Below, in pieces: positions 53,599-64,000 of a stretch of 64,000 nt of DNA. Source of the stretch: Pelagomonas calceolata. Its lineage: Eukaryota. Below the pieces are notes generated by a model. The model had not been told where the DNA came from and searched no databases. It saw nothing but the letters and a program-made list of their open reading frames with translations. The stretch spans positions 930,001 through 994,000 of the forward strand of contig CAKKNE010000002.1 in NCBI GenBank assembly GCA_918797485.1, in the 5' to 3' direction. Each line of letters starts with the position of its first letter. Positions within the stretch are counted from its first letter, which is position 1. A program made the position numbers and the translations under genes.

Positions 53599-54198
53599 CT
53601 ACTTCTTCTTCTCCGCCGCCTCCTCCTTCATCTTCTTCCGGATGCCCGCCAAGCGCTTCTCCGTCCACGTCGCGCGCTGGGCATCGTAGACGCCCTCGCC
53701 ATCGGACGGCACGGCCATGAACTCGACCGCCGGAGCCTTCGATGCAGCGGGCTTCGGCAGCGACGACACGGCGCCGTCGACCTTCGGGGCCGCGCCCTTC
53801 CGCGGGAAGACGACGAGCTTCGCCTTGTAGTCCGTCAGGCGCTGGACGTTGATGTCCAGGGCCTCCTGGGACTTGTTCGTCCTTCTATGATCAACAGCGA
53901 TGCCCACGGTGGCCGCGAACTTGGGGCTGATCTTGGCCGCCTTCAATTCAGCTAATGAAAAACCTCTTCCGAGTCGCACCTTGGCGTTGTGCTGCTGCGT
54001 CTGGCACCGTACTAAAGGTCGGAGCTTGTCCGCGGGCCGCGGCGCGTTCGCCGCGGCCTTCGCGGCGCGTTTCAGCCGCCGCGACTTCTTCTTGCCCGGC
54101 TGGTTGAACCAGGACTTGATGTGGAGCGGGCCGCGGCTCGACGTCTGCCACTTCTTGTGGAAGTGCTGGTTGGGGATGATCTTGTTGTGCTTGACCAT
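53599..54198 (-). CDS. RPL13: 60S ribosomal protein eL13
   Basis: MVKHNKIIPNQHFHKKWQ...WFNQPG...GRGFSLAELK...GIAVDHRR. Confidence 0.97.
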   Translation of the reverse strand: MVKHNKIIPNQHFHKKWQTSSRGPLHIKSWFNQPGKKKSRRLKRAAKAAANAPRPADKLRPLVRCQTQQHNAKVRLGRGFSLAELKAAKISPKFAATVGIAVDHRRTNKSQEALDINVQRLTDYKAKLVVFPRKGAAPKVDGAVSSLPKPAASKAPAVEFMAVPSDGEGVYDAQRATWTEKRLAGIRKKMKEEAAEKKK

Positions 54199-54707
54199 GG
54201 TTGCGTCTTATCACCAAATCGCTATTTGAGGCTAGCTGGGCGCGGCGGCGGCGTGCAAGGCAGCGCGTCGCTTCCTACAGCTGTTCTATAGGTCTGTGCA
54301 AGCTCCCTGGGTCCGCAAAGGCCTGAGCGATTGCAAACGAGGGCTTTAAAGCTGATGCCTCGCAAAAAGCGATGCTCAGCGTGTCGGGTTTTGCAGCGAT
54401 TTTTACGGCTCTCTGGCGTCTATGAGGGGCTAGTCGAGGGCTCGAGGCCTCGAAAGCGACTGTTTGAGGCTTGGGTTTGGCAAGGCTCTCCGGTCCCAAG
54501 CCTCGGCTCAGCACCCGGTTTTACGCGGCTCGCGGGACCCACAGACCTTGGCGACGCTCGCTCGGCATTCCTTTTAAGCTCGCTGAAAAGTCTTGTGCTG
54601 AATAGATAGGTTGGTGCTGAGTTTGAGACAAAAACCCACCTCATTGGCTCTCTAAGTTTTGAGTGGTCGCGCGGCTGAGCGCTGACCGTTGACGACACGC
54701 AGGTATT

Positions 54708-55268
54708 GTGCGCGGAGTGATTGACAATGGCGAAGCGCGTCGCCGCGTCCTCGAAACGTCCCGGCGCGAGCGCGCGCGTAGGTCCGACGAGAAAGCCGAG
54801 AAGAAAGCGGCGAAAGCCGAGAAGAAGGCCCAGAAAAAAGAGCAACAAAAGGCCGACCTCGCGGACAGCGCCCAGTTCAAAAATTTTGACAAGGTCGTCG
54901 TGGCCGAGCTCCATTTCGACGACGACGACGTGAAAAAATCAGGCTTTGATCTGCCCTTCGACGCCGACAAAACAGTACTCACGCGCGAGGAGTGGGACGC
55001 GGCTCTCGCGGACATCAACGGCGTCTTCCACCACACGGGCTGCATGGCGCTGCTCTGCTGCCTCTGCGGGGACCCCGAAGACCACGTCGGCGACGTCAAG
55101 AAGAAGTGCAAATCATTAACAGAGAAGTACGAATCTCGGGGCGTCGCGTTCCACTGCGTGCACAAGGAGGACGTCGCCGGCGCGCTCGCCGGCATCTTCA
55201 CCATGGGCATCGCGATGAACGACGACAAGGTCTACCTCGTCGTCACGCAGAAGGACGCATCCGCGTGA
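54708..55268 (+). CDS. Hypothetical protein; true 5' end probably in an upstream exon
   Basis: GC3-rich ORF with LCCLC motif; acceptor-like ACACGCAG at ~54695-54702. Confidence 0.5.
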   Translation: MRGVIDNGEARRRVLETSRRERARRSDEKAEKKAAKAEKKAQKKEQQKADLADSAQFKNFDKVVVAELHFDDDDVKKSGFDLPFDADKTVLTREEWDAALADINGVFHHTGCMALLCCLCGDPEDHVGDVKKKCKSLTEKYESRGVAFHCVHKEDVAGALAGIFTMGIAMNDDKVYLVVTQKDASA

Positions 55269-55287
55269 GTAAAATCCTACACATAAT

Positions 55288-56007
55288 TCACTTAGTACGC
55301 TTGCGCTTGCCTGACTTCGGGGGAAACGTCACGTTCCCGTCCTCGTCCTCCTCGCTCTCGCCGAACCTTTGGTCGGCAAAGCGGTCCGTCTCGAACCCTG
55401 AGTCAGAGTCAGAGCCAGAACCATCCCAGCGCTCGAGCGACCGCATCAGCTCGGCCGTGACGCCGTCGCGCGTCTTGCTCGTGAGCTTGTGGACGGCGAC
55501 GCCGCGCGTCGCGCTCACGCGGTCGCAGAACGCGACGCGGTGGCCGTAGATCGGGGCCGTGATCGCGCCGACCAGCCGCACGCCCCGCGCCAGCAACTCC
55601 TGGACGCGCCCGGCGAACACGTCCGACTTGAGCTCCATGCGGCCGATCTCGTCGAGGACGTATATTGTGGCATTATCGTCGTCGTCGTCGTCAACCTCGA
55701 GCGTCGGCAGCGCGAGGCGCTCGAAGCCCTCGACGTCGACGCCGTACTGGCCGACCTTCGGGCCCGCCGCGCCTTTGCGCGCGAGTGGTCCACGGAGGCC
55801 GTCCGGCACCGTTACGATGTCGAAGCCGACGCGCTGTCCACCGGACAGCACCTCGTCAGTGTAGAATCCTCGGACCGATGCACCGCTCGCTCGCAGCTCG
55901 TCGACGAGTGTCTTGACGGCCGTGGTCTTGCCGCAGCCGGGCTGGCCGGTCACGAGCACCCAATCCGTGCTGGTGTGCGATGCGAACGGCTGCATCGATG
56001 CTTGCAC
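55288..56007 (-). CDS. NTPCR: NTPCR/THEP1-family nucleoside triphosphatase
   Basis: VTGQPGCGKTT, GFYTDEV...RVGFDIV, KVGQYGVDVEGFE, LDEIGRMEL. Confidence 0.9.
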   Translation of the reverse strand: MQASMQPFASHTSTDWVLVTGQPGCGKTTAVKTLVDELRASGASVRGFYTDEVLSGGQRVGFDIVTVPDGLRGPLARKGAAGPKVGQYGVDVEGFERLALPTLEVDDDDDDNATIYVLDEIGRMELKSDVFAGRVQELLARGVRLVGAITAPIYGHRVAFCDRVSATRGVAVHKLTSKTRDGVTAELMRSLERWDGSGSDSDSGFETDRFADQRFGESEEDEDGNVTFPPKSGKRKRTK

Positions 56008-56375
56008 TGGTGCGGTTAACCGCTACAGAGCACTGCCAGCCTGGTCGGAGAGCACCTCTCACCGGCGGCTACGTGTCACGACCTTGTCCCGGCTGCAATG
56101 CATGCACACAGCGGTGCAAGCTGCGCGGATGTCTTGCCTACGGAGACTGCGTGCGGCTAGACGAATGCCAGCTCTGCCAGCCCAGCAGCAGAGAGAGCAG
56201 CGGCTGTGGCAGCCTGTGCAGAGCGCGCGACGGCACATGAGGCTCGCGGCAGCAGCACACGTCGGTATGGCCAACGCGCACCCGTTCGCGAGCCATGCCG
56301 GCACCGCTTGAATGCTCGTGGTAGGGACAGTCCCAGGTGTGCAGCGCAATTCCTCGGCCTCAGGACTCGCAACAA

Positions 56376-57386
56376 ATGACGCACCGCCGCGGATGGCTGG
56401 TGGTAGTGGCCGCATACGCTGCCGCCGAGCCGGAGGAGGCCTGCACGCCGGCCGTACTGCCCGTGCTGGATCTCGCGCCCTTCGCGGGCGGCGACGATGA
56501 CGCGCAGCGCACCGTCGCCCGCGCGCTCGACGCGGCCTGCCGCGACCACGGCTTCGTGGCGCTGCGGAACGTCGGCGTGGACCGCGCGCTACTCGCTGCC
56601 GCGTGGAACGCCTCCGAGGCGCTCTTCGCACTGCCGGAAGCTGCCAAGGCGCGCCTCGAGCCGTGGGCGGCGGCGACGAACCGGGGCTATTCTCCACCGG
56701 GCCGCGAGCGCCTCAACGCGAGACGAAAGACGCGCGAGCCGAAGGAGGCGTTCAACGTCAAAGGCGCGGGCAACCAGTACGACGAGGCGCCTGCTCAGTT
56801 CGGAGCCGTCGCCGACGAGCTGTGGCGCGTCCTGGTCGTGGAGGCTGCTAATCGGTACGCGGTCGCGGCCGCCCTGGCGCTCGACCTACCCCGCGACTTC
56901 TTCTCCAAGACGCTCCAACAGCTCGACCTCTGCACGCTGCGGTTCCTGCACTACCCCGCGCTGCCCCCGTCGGAAGAAGGAGAGGTCCTCCGCGCGGGCG
57001 AGCACACGGACTTTGGCTTCGCGACGTTCCTCTTCATAAAGGGGGGAGCGGCTGGGCTGCAGATGAAGAGCGTGGAGGGTGGCGAGGTGCGCGCCGACGA
57101 GGCGGGCGGCTGGCGCGACGTCGTCGTGCCGGCTGACGACGACGTCGTGGCCGTCGTCAACACGGGCGCGCTCCTGGCCCGCTGGACGAACGACCGGTGG
57201 CGCGCGACGGCGCACCGCGTGGTCGCCGGATCAGCGGGCGCGCCTGAACGCTACGCCATCGCCGCCTTCATCGACCCCGACGCGGACGCCGCGGTTGCTG
57301 CTCACCCCTCCTTCGGAGCGTCGCGCTACCCGCCCACGACGGGCCTCGCCTTCTTGCGGATGAAGCTCGACGAGGCGAACGCGTAG
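56376..57386 (+). CDS. 2OG-Fe(II) oxygenase (isopenicillin N synthase family)
   Basis: LPVLDL, ACRDHGF, LRFLHYP, EHTDFG, VNTG...WTND...HRV...RYAIAAF. Confidence 0.9.
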   Translation: MTHRRGWLVVVAAYAAAEPEEACTPAVLPVLDLAPFAGGDDDAQRTVARALDAACRDHGFVALRNVGVDRALLAAAWNASEALFALPEAAKARLEPWAAATNRGYSPPGRERLNARRKTREPKEAFNVKGAGNQYDEAPAQFGAVADELWRVLVVEAANRYAVAAALALDLPRDFFSKTLQQLDLCTLRFLHYPALPPSEEGEVLRAGEHTDFGFATFLFIKGGAAGLQMKSVEGGEVRADEAGGWRDVVVPADDDVVAVVNTGALLARWTNDRWRATAHRVVAGSAGAPERYAIAAFIDPDADAAVAAHPSFGASRYPPTTGLAFLRMKLDEANA

Positions 57387-57477
57387 ACTGTCCTGTACAT
57401 AGATGTTGATAATGACTTTGGTGTGTATTTCTGTTCGATCATCTAGGACTACTTGATCAACAATTTACCCGACAGAA

Positions 57478-57774
57478 CTAGAGCTCGTTCGGCACGCGCG
57501 GCAGCTTCGGCATGATGTCCTTGAAGCCCGCGAGCTTGTCGGGCGGGAAGTCCCCGACTTCGGTGGAGACGGCCATGAGCGGGACCGTCTTGATGGCGTT
57601 GGCCTTCTTGAGGCATTCGTCGATCTTCGATTGGTAGTCCTGCTTGACCCCAGGCTCGTAGAGGTGGCCCCAGTCCGAACCCCAGATCTTGGCTGATTTC
57701 ACTTCATGTTCGCAGCGCTTCTCCCAATTATAATTGTCGCCCACATAATTATGTTCCTCGCCGTCCTTGGCCAT
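57478..57774 (-). CDS. Small protein resembling C20orf85/CIMIP1-type ciliary proteins
   Basis: WEKRCEHEVKSAKIWGSDWGHL pattern (recalled resemblance). Confidence 0.5.
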   Translation of the reverse strand: MAKDGEEHNYVGDNYNWEKRCEHEVKSAKIWGSDWGHLYEPGVKQDYQSKIDECLKKANAIKTVPLMAVSTEVGDFPPDKLAGFKDIMPKLPRVPNEL

Positions 57775-58035
57775 ATTGGCCGCTGTCCTGGGTGTCTGGC
57801 TACCTCACGGAACGGCTCCTGTGCGGCTCCAGGCGCGTGGTCAGGCGCGTGGTCTTCCCGCGTCGGTGGCGTAGCGGGCCGGGCGGGCTGCGGGGCAGCG
57901 CTCGCGTGCCTTTGCAAGCTAGCGCCGAGCTCACAACTCCCTGCCTGCTAGTAGGTGCCCACTAGCCAAAGGTGCATCGGTTGGGAGCTGGATTGGGCAC
58001 AAATAGAGCCGCCCACGCGTCAAGGAATAACACAA

Positions 58036-59481
58036 TTACGTAGTTACGAGGTAGCCGAAGTGAAACAGGTAGCGGCGGAGCGCGGGGGCGAGCGCCTCCC
58101 AGTCGCCGCTGGCCATGGCCTTCTTGAGATGAGAATAGTTCGTCCTGTCCATGACGAGGCGGACGCGCACCGCCGGCTCGAGCTCGTCGTTGCCGGCGTA
58201 GTTCCCACACACGAGGACCCAGACGATCTCGTCGGCCCTTGGGATCGGCACGCCGAGCTGCTCCGGGGTTGTGAGGCTGTAGAGCTGGTTTACGGACAAT
58301 GTGGCGTCTGCCGTCTGCGCCGTCGCGCGCGCCAGCCAGGGCGGCGCGTCCTTGATGTTAAACGTCGGGATATCGTCGCCGTCATCGTCATCATCGTCGT
58401 CGTCGCTGCCGGCGACGGCCCCGCGGGGCTCGGTGAGCGCGGGCGGGCAGATCATCCCCACGGTGAGGCCCCGCAGGCGGGCAGATCGCCCCCCGGCCCC
58501 CCGGGCGGCGTCGCCGAGCAGTTTCTCGAGCTTCGCCAGGCCCGCAGCGTCGCTCGTGACGCGCGCCCGCCCCTCGTCCGTGCGGAGCAGCCGGTGCCGC
58601 AACGCGGAACAGATCACCTCCGCCGTCGTCGGCGCCATGAGCGAAATATTGAGAGAGATGTTGTCATCGTCCAACGACTCGACCTCGTGGAAAACACCAG
58701 CGGGGAAGTAGAGCACGTCGCCCGCGTCGAGCGTCACCTCCTCCACCCCCGGCGCGGCGCGCGGCCGCTTGCGCGATTGTGTAGTTTCGCCGAGCGCCCT
58801 TGATTTGGCCTGGTCCCACAACACACTGTCGTCGGCGAAGTGCGGCGTCTCCCCCCTAAGCGGGTGCGCTTCTCGTCTATGAGCGAGGCGCCAGCGCTTC
58901 CTTCCTCGCAACTGGATCGTGAAGTTTTCCTGGAAGTCGGAATGCCAGGCCGTCACATGACCTTTACGAGCGCAGAACATCTCGACCTCGCCGCGGCCCG
59001 CGAGCGGGCCCGCATCCCTCAAAGGCGGCAACCCCAGAGACGTCTCCTTTAGTAAAGCGTTCACCAAGGTTTCCTCGATAGCGGGCGGCGCGCGGCAGTA
59101 GAGCGCGTGGCCCGCCTGATGTAGTGCAATTGCGTTCCGCGGGTCGTCGACGTCGATGGACCGCGCCGTCGTGCCGCGCGACGGCGGCAGGCCGTCCATC
59201 GTACGTACGGTTCCACCGGTGCGCACCCAGGCCATGACGCGGTCCGACGCCGTGTGCTCCACGATTTCCTCGACGTCACCCGCGCTCGCCGCCGGGAACA
59301 GCGTGGCGGCTCGTTCCGCGCCGCCGCCTCTTATTACGACGCAGCGCTGCCGGAAGTGCAGTCTCAAAAAATCATCCTTCGACAGCGGGTGCAGCAGCGC
59401 GTCGAGGGTCAGCGGGTCTTCTAGGGGCGGTGCATTGCTCGTCGTGCGGTGCTCCACCAGCAACGTATCGTTTTCGGCCAT
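58036..59481 (-). CDS. JmjC/cupin oxygenase (ribosomal-oxygenase-like)
   Basis: TAWHSDFQENFTIQLRGRKRWRL...LDAGDVLYFPAGVFHEV. Confidence 0.85.
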   Translation of the reverse strand: MAENDTLLVEHRTTSNAPPLEDPLTLDALLHPLSKDDFLRLHFRQRCVVIRGGGAERAATLFPAASAGDVEEIVEHTASDRVMAWVRTGGTVRTMDGLPPSRGTTARSIDVDDPRNAIALHQAGHALYCRAPPAIEETLVNALLKETSLGLPPLRDAGPLAGRGEVEMFCARKGHVTAWHSDFQENFTIQLRGRKRWRLAHRREAHPLRGETPHFADDSVLWDQAKSRALGETTQSRKRPRAAPGVEEVTLDAGDVLYFPAGVFHEVESLDDDNISLNISLMAPTTAEVICSALRHRLLRTDEGRARVTSDAAGLAKLEKLLGDAARGAGGRSARLRGLTVGMICPPALTEPRGAVAGSDDDDDDDDGDDIPTFNIKDAPPWLARATAQTADATLSVNQLYSLTTPEQLGVPIPRADEIVWVLVCGNYAGNDELEPAVRVRLVMDRTNYSHLKKAMASGDWEALAPALRRYLFHFGYLVTT

Positions 59482-59967
59482 GATTACGAGCAGTGCTTTG
59501 GCTTCACCGCGGCGACGGGCGTGATTAAGGCACAGTGGCAGTGAGAGCGTTTTGCTGTGCGGTGGTTTTGCGGAACGCGAGCGCTCAATTTCTTGTGTGC
59601 TGCCAACGATGCGATCTATGAGAGCTCCTTATAGCGCAAATTGCCACGCTGAACGCAATGCGAGCTGTCAATTGGCTGCATAGGCAGCTGGAGTCACGGG
59701 TTTTGCTCGCGAAACACAGAGGCAACCACCTTTCCCGGAAGAGGCCCTGGACCGCCTCCGCGAGTATTGGAATTGCATGGCCTTATCGTGCGGGGCCGCA
59801 TCTCTCAGGAACAGAGAGAAGTGGGGCAGCATCCGGGCACCGGGCAGGCGCCGAGCCGGGCAGCCTCGGCGTCGCGAAACGCATCAATCGCAGCGGTCGC
59901 GACTTGTCTGCGCTTTTTGAGCGCCGCGCGGCACGCTGACGCAGGACACTGGGACCCATAAACACCC

Positions 59968-60264
59968 ATGTTCGACATCTCTTGTGGCGACGACGGCGGG
60001 CCCGCATCCTGCGGCATCTTCGGGGGCAGCGTCGGCGGCGGCGGCGCGAAGCAGCCGCAGACGCTCGCGGGCCTGTTGAAGAAATTAGATCTGTCGGAGT
60101 ACGAGCCCAAGTTCGTGGCCGCGGGCATCACGGACATCGCCTCCCTCGCCGAGTTGTCAGAAGAGGAGCTCGACAAGTTCGACATGCGCAAGCTCGAGAA
60201 ACGGAAGCTGCGGCACCACCTCCAGAGCGCCTGGGTGCCCGACGGCGTCGCGCTGCGGTGCTAG
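59968..60264 (+). CDS. Small SAM-domain protein
   Basis: LKKLDLSEYEPKFVAAGITDIASLAELSEEELDKFDM. Confidence 0.7.
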   Translation: MFDISCGDDGGPASCGIFGGSVGGGGAKQPQTLAGLLKKLDLSEYEPKFVAAGITDIASLAELSEEELDKFDMRKLEKRKLRHHLQSAWVPDGVALRC

Positions 60265-60282
60265 GCGCGTAAACACAAAATC

Positions 60283-61602
60283 TTAAAACACAGACGGCGG
60301 CAGGCACCGCTCCCGGTACATCTCGGCGGGCGCTCTTCTATGAGCCGACGCGAAGAGGCGGAGCACGACCGTGTCACGCATGCCCCGCACCACGGGCTCG
60401 ACGCCGTGCTGGTCGCGGCACACGTTGAGGAACGCGGCGCCGGGCTCGTGCGCCAGCCAGCGGTCTTCAATTCCAAAAAACGCGACGCGGCTCCCTTCCA
60501 AGTCGTCCGACGCGCGAACGCAGAGGTTCAAACTAATTTCGCAGACGTCGTTGTGGCGCGACGCCGTCGCATTTGTGGTGGGGTGTGGGTCGGGAGACCG
60601 CTTGTGCACCGAGAACGCGTGCCTACTGTCCATTGGTGGGAACGCCGGGAACAGGAGCCGCGCCAGCGGCGCGACCACGGTCTCCGCCAGAGCGTCGAAT
60701 AAGCCGCCCAGGCCCGCCTCGTCGACGAGGAGCGAGGCGGGCCCGTCAGCTGTTCTAGGGACAACCACACCCACATCGCTCGTGGCGTAGCTCATGTTGT
60801 TGGTGGGCCGCGATTCGGTCGTCCCGCGCGCGCAGTCGAGGGCCGCCGCGACGGCCTCGGCGGCGGGGCGCGTCAACACCTGCAGCGTCCGCACGCGGCC
60901 CTGACCGCCCAGCAGCGGCGCGAGCGCGGCGGGCGAGCCGGCGCGCAGCGCGTCGCGCAGTTCCGGCGCGAGCATCTCCTCGAGTGCGAAAGCTTGGCTT
61001 TCGGAGGCCCTCGCGCGGAAGGCCGCGTGCTCGGCGCGCTCGTCGTTCCGTGCGGCGTCCCAGGCGGCGACGATCGCGGCGAGGCGGGCGTTGCTGAGGG
61101 TCTCCGCCGCCGCGAATACCGGTGCGTCTTCTGTCGTCGCGAAAGCCGCTGTCGCCGCGGTCGCTAGTCTGGTCGTCGACGCCGGATCCTGCCGCAGCCA
61201 CGCGTGCACGAAAACAAACACGTTCTCCTCGACGACCAGCGACGCGCGGACGAGCACGCTGTCGCCGTCGCGCGACTCCGTCGAGGCACACGCGACGACG
61301 GGCTCGTCCGGTTCCGGCGGAACCACGAACCACCAGGCCGCCTCGGAGGATACGCGCAGGCTCACGGCGACGCAGAGCTCCGGAGAACGCCACTCCGGCG
61401 CGTCTTCGGGCAGCGCCACGCGCACGGCGGCGACGACGCGACCGGCTCGCGCCGTGCCGCAGTCTTCCACAAAACCATCGGCCGCGGTGCCCTCGAAGGC
61501 GAGGACGCCGTCCGCGGGTGGTGGCTGGATGGGCGCCGGGCCCTCGCCCCAGGCGGCGATGCGCGCCGCGATCGCGACGAGCGTCGCGAGTCGTCGCCGC
61601 AT
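60283..61602 (-). CDS. Secreted 2OG-Fe(II) hydroxylase-like protein
   Basis: Signal peptide; HNDVCEISLNLC...LEGS...HGVEPVVRGMR (HxD...H...R). Confidence 0.65.
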   Translation of the reverse strand: MRRRLATLVAIAARIAAWGEGPAPIQPPPADGVLAFEGTAADGFVEDCGTARAGRVVAAVRVALPEDAPEWRSPELCVAVSLRVSSEAAWWFVVPPEPDEPVVACASTESRDGDSVLVRASLVVEENVFVFVHAWLRQDPASTTRLATAATAAFATTEDAPVFAAAETLSNARLAAIVAAWDAARNDERAEHAAFRARASESQAFALEEMLAPELRDALRAGSPAALAPLLGGQGRVRTLQVLTRPAAEAVAAALDCARGTTESRPTNNMSYATSDVGVVVPRTADGPASLLVDEAGLGGLFDALAETVVAPLARLLFPAFPPMDSRHAFSVHKRSPDPHPTTNATASRHNDVCEISLNLCVRASDDLEGSRVAFFGIEDRWLAHEPGAAFLNVCRDQHGVEPVVRGMRDTVVLRLFASAHRRAPAEMYRERCLPPSVF

Positions 61603-62042
61603 GATGCGTTCGGCAGCGTGAGCCGGGCAGCACCGCAGAGCTGCGCTTTCAAAAAACGCTCTCCCTTGCTCTTGTGAGCCGCGCGAATCAATAAGCCACG
61701 AATCGCGTCGGCAGCAGCAGCACTCGGAGGAGAGTGGTGGTTTCAAAAACTCTGCCTTGCCTCGTGGGCTCGCACGGCTCAAAAATCACAGCGATGCGGT
61801 CACGCTGGTATCTATCAAGGCCTCGTAAGTGCCATCGGCGCGATGGGCCGCGCGCAGCTCCATTCCTAGTGCCTTACAGGCCGCTAGCTCGCAGCGTCTT
61901 GGCCCGAGTCGATTGACCGACTACCAGGGCGCAGGGCTCACCGTCCACCCGCGTAAACGCACCGCCGCAGCCCAACAACCAGTTCTTCGCGTGCCCGGAG
62001 CCAACGAGGCCGCCGCAGCTCTCTGAGAGCCCACTTGGCCAG

Positions 62043-62960
62043 ATGGCGGAACCGCTCGTCCTCCTCAACTACGCCTTCGTGGCCGTAGTTTTCAGCTTGC
62101 TGCTCGGCTCCATCATCTCGCAGCGCGCCCGCGTGGGCCTCTGCTGGGTCGCGATCCCCGGCCTCATAGCGTGCGTAGGGACCAAGCTCTTACGTACCTA
62201 CGACACGGTCGACGAGCTGACGTTCTACGCCAGCTACCACTCTCATCCGATGAACCAATTGGTGCACATCGTGTGCGTGCCTCTACTGCTCTTTACAGTA
62301 TTCATTTTCGCGGCCTACGTGCCACCGCCGATCAAGGCCGCGCCCCAACTCACGTGGCCGCTGCTCGGCGCCTGCGCTTGGTCGCTACACCACGTCCGCG
62401 CCGCGCCACTCGTCGGCTCTATTGTGTCCTGCCTCACGTTCGCGATGGCGCTCGCGGCCACGGCGATCGTCGAGCGCGAGAGGCGCACCAGCAATCGTAG
62501 CTTTGTCGAGTTCCACGTCGGCGATCGAGTGCATGTTCTCGAACCCGCTAAGTTCGCGGGCAACGTCGGCACCGTTGTGAAGCGCGACGCGACAGAGGGG
62601 TCCGTCGTCGTCCGGCTCGAGGGGTCGAATGTGAGTTTGGAGGCCCTCCACAGCCAGCTTCAAGGGTTCGGCGAGTTCAGGGCGGGCGATCGAGTGAGAA
62701 CCCTCGGTGCCGGTACCTACGGCTTCGCCGCTTTTTACGCCGGCCTCGTCCACGTCTTCTGCTGGTACGCCCAAATCCACCCGGGCCACGGCATCTACGA
62801 AGGCCGGAAGCCCGCCCTGCTCGACAGCGCTCTCCAGTCGTTCCTCGACGCGCCGCTCTTCGTCTGGTACGAGGTCGCGTTCGCCTGCGGCTACGACCCG
62901 GCCCTCAAGCAGGAGCTCGACGCCGCCGTCGAAGCGAGACACGCCGCGTGGGACCTCTAG
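62043..62960 (+). CDS. Mpo1/DUF962-like membrane protein with an internal insert
   Basis: FYASYHSHPMNQLVHIVCVP...QIHPGHGIYEGRKPALLD...APLFVWYE. Confidence 0.8.
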   Translation: MAEPLVLLNYAFVAVVFSLLLGSIISQRARVGLCWVAIPGLIACVGTKLLRTYDTVDELTFYASYHSHPMNQLVHIVCVPLLLFTVFIFAAYVPPPIKAAPQLTWPLLGACAWSLHHVRAAPLVGSIVSCLTFAMALAATAIVERERRTSNRSFVEFHVGDRVHVLEPAKFAGNVGTVVKRDATEGSVVVRLEGSNVSLEALHSQLQGFGEFRAGDRVRTLGAGTYGFAAFYAGLVHVFCWYAQIHPGHGIYEGRKPALLDSALQSFLDAPLFVWYEVAFACGYDPALKQELDAAVEARHAAWDL

Positions 62961-63181
62961 TCGCCCTGTCAAAGACGTGCCGCACCCGCCATCATCCTGC
63001 CAGTGACGCGCCACGCCGGCCGGGCGCTGCACCACGTTGGGGACAGTAAAATGTAAGCTATTGTAAATAGTTTTATCCTCGCCGCGCGCGGCGCTCGCGC
63101 GCAGGCTCTCTCCTCACAGACGCCATTGGTGCGACCACACGGCCGCGTTTTTTGGGGGAAGGACACACGGGAGCGCGACGT

Positions 63182-63832
63182 TTAGAACGGCGCCCAGACC
63201 GAGCCGGAGTACTGCGTGAGGTCCTCCGTGAAGTACGGGACCGAGCCCGGCACCGTCGACGCGGCGATGAAACCCATGATGCCGATCATCGCGAGGCGGC
63301 CGTTGTTGATCTCGGCCGTCCGGCTGCGCAGCTTCTGCTCCTCCGTCTTGCCCGACAGGTACTTCGAGCCGAAGTACCAGACGAGGTCGTGCGTGCCGGA
63401 CTTGCCGCCGCGCATGTAGTGGGGCTTCTCCGCCTCGCCGAGGACCTCGAGGAGGCCGATGAAGCCGAGGATCGACCACTTGCCCTTGTCCGAGATGTTG
63501 TCCCAGGCGAGCAGCGGGTTGCCCGTGCCGAGCGACGAGAACTTCTCGCCCGACATCGTGAGGTCGGCCGGGAAGGTGATGCCCTGGTAGTTCACGAGGA
63601 AGCCGACGAAGGCCGCCATCGCGACGCGGCCGTGCTTGAGCTCGGCCTCGCGGTACCACTGAAGCGCCTCGGCGGAGGCGCCGTTCGAGAAGCCGAGCGG
63701 GTCGAAGAGCCCAATGGGCATCGTGATGCCCTCCATGTCCTGCACGGCCGCGACGGCCGTGCCGGCGCGCGGCGCCGCCGGCGCGACGAACGCGACGGCC
63801 GGGGCGGCGAGGAGCGCGAGGACGAGCTTCAT
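63182..63832 (-). CDS. Fucoxanthin-chlorophyll light-harvesting protein
   Basis: FDPLGF, REAELKHGRVAMAA, EINNGRLAMIG; AVA-FVAP presequence. Confidence 0.95.
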   Translation of the reverse strand: MKLVLALLAAPAVAFVAPAAPRAGTAVAAVQDMEGITMPIGLFDPLGFSNGASAEALQWYREAELKHGRVAMAAFVGFLVNYQGITFPADLTMSGEKFSSLGTGNPLLAWDNISDKGKWSILGFIGLLEVLGEAEKPHYMRGGKSGTHDLVWYFGSKYLSGKTEEQKLRSRTAEINNGRLAMIGIMGFIAASTVPGSVPYFTEDLTQYSGSVWAPF

Positions 63833-64000
63833 CGTAACCTATAAAAACAAACGGTGAGGGCGGCGCTCCGCGGCGCGCGTGCGGCTGCGCGCTCTCTGGG
63901 TGGGGCGTGGCGCGGCGACGGCGTCACCGCGGCGGCGTCGCCGCCAGAACCAGTTTTTGGCGGAAATCCGAGCCGAGCCGTGTCGACCGAGAACGCTCAG

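Noticed and set aside
700..63850. Numerous long overlapping antisense or alternate-frame ORFs
   Set aside because: Expected shadow ORFs of GC3-rich genes, with no domain motifs.
1..64000. Genome-wide reassignment of TAA/TAG
   Set aside because: Urease, ureG, RPL13 and the LHC gene end at TAG/TAA where homologs are expected to end.

Overview
GC-rich, gene-dense eukaryotic nuclear DNA, most likely from a pelagophyte alga (Pelagomonas/Aureococcus-like; inferred from the fucoxanthin-chlorophyll LHC gene, an ASAF-type plastid presequence and TIR/TSD-bearing introner introns). Ordinary genes include urease, UreG, a UreD-UreF fusion, a mitochondrial carrier, RPL13, PIG-V, a HECT ligase, JmjC and 2OG oxygenases, and two large lectin-domain membrane proteins. 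The standout is a ~14 kb island (3352-17408) bounded by inverted repeats with a possible TA target duplication. It carries two GT32-like glycosyltransferase domains, a ~6.6 kb array of 144-bp coding repeats, an HNH-like domain, a SAP domain and a two-repeat Myb domain. Outside the array, most of this cargo lies in one + frame from ATG 6235 to TGA 17212-17214, broken by 11 in-frame stops that are all TAA/TAG. About 32 kb downstream lies a tRNA gene with anticodon UUA, which could read UAA/UAG. Flanking host genes use TAA/TAG as normal stops. The pattern suggests either suppression/alternative decoding or CpA-directed (RIP-like) mutation; the link to the tRNA is inference only.
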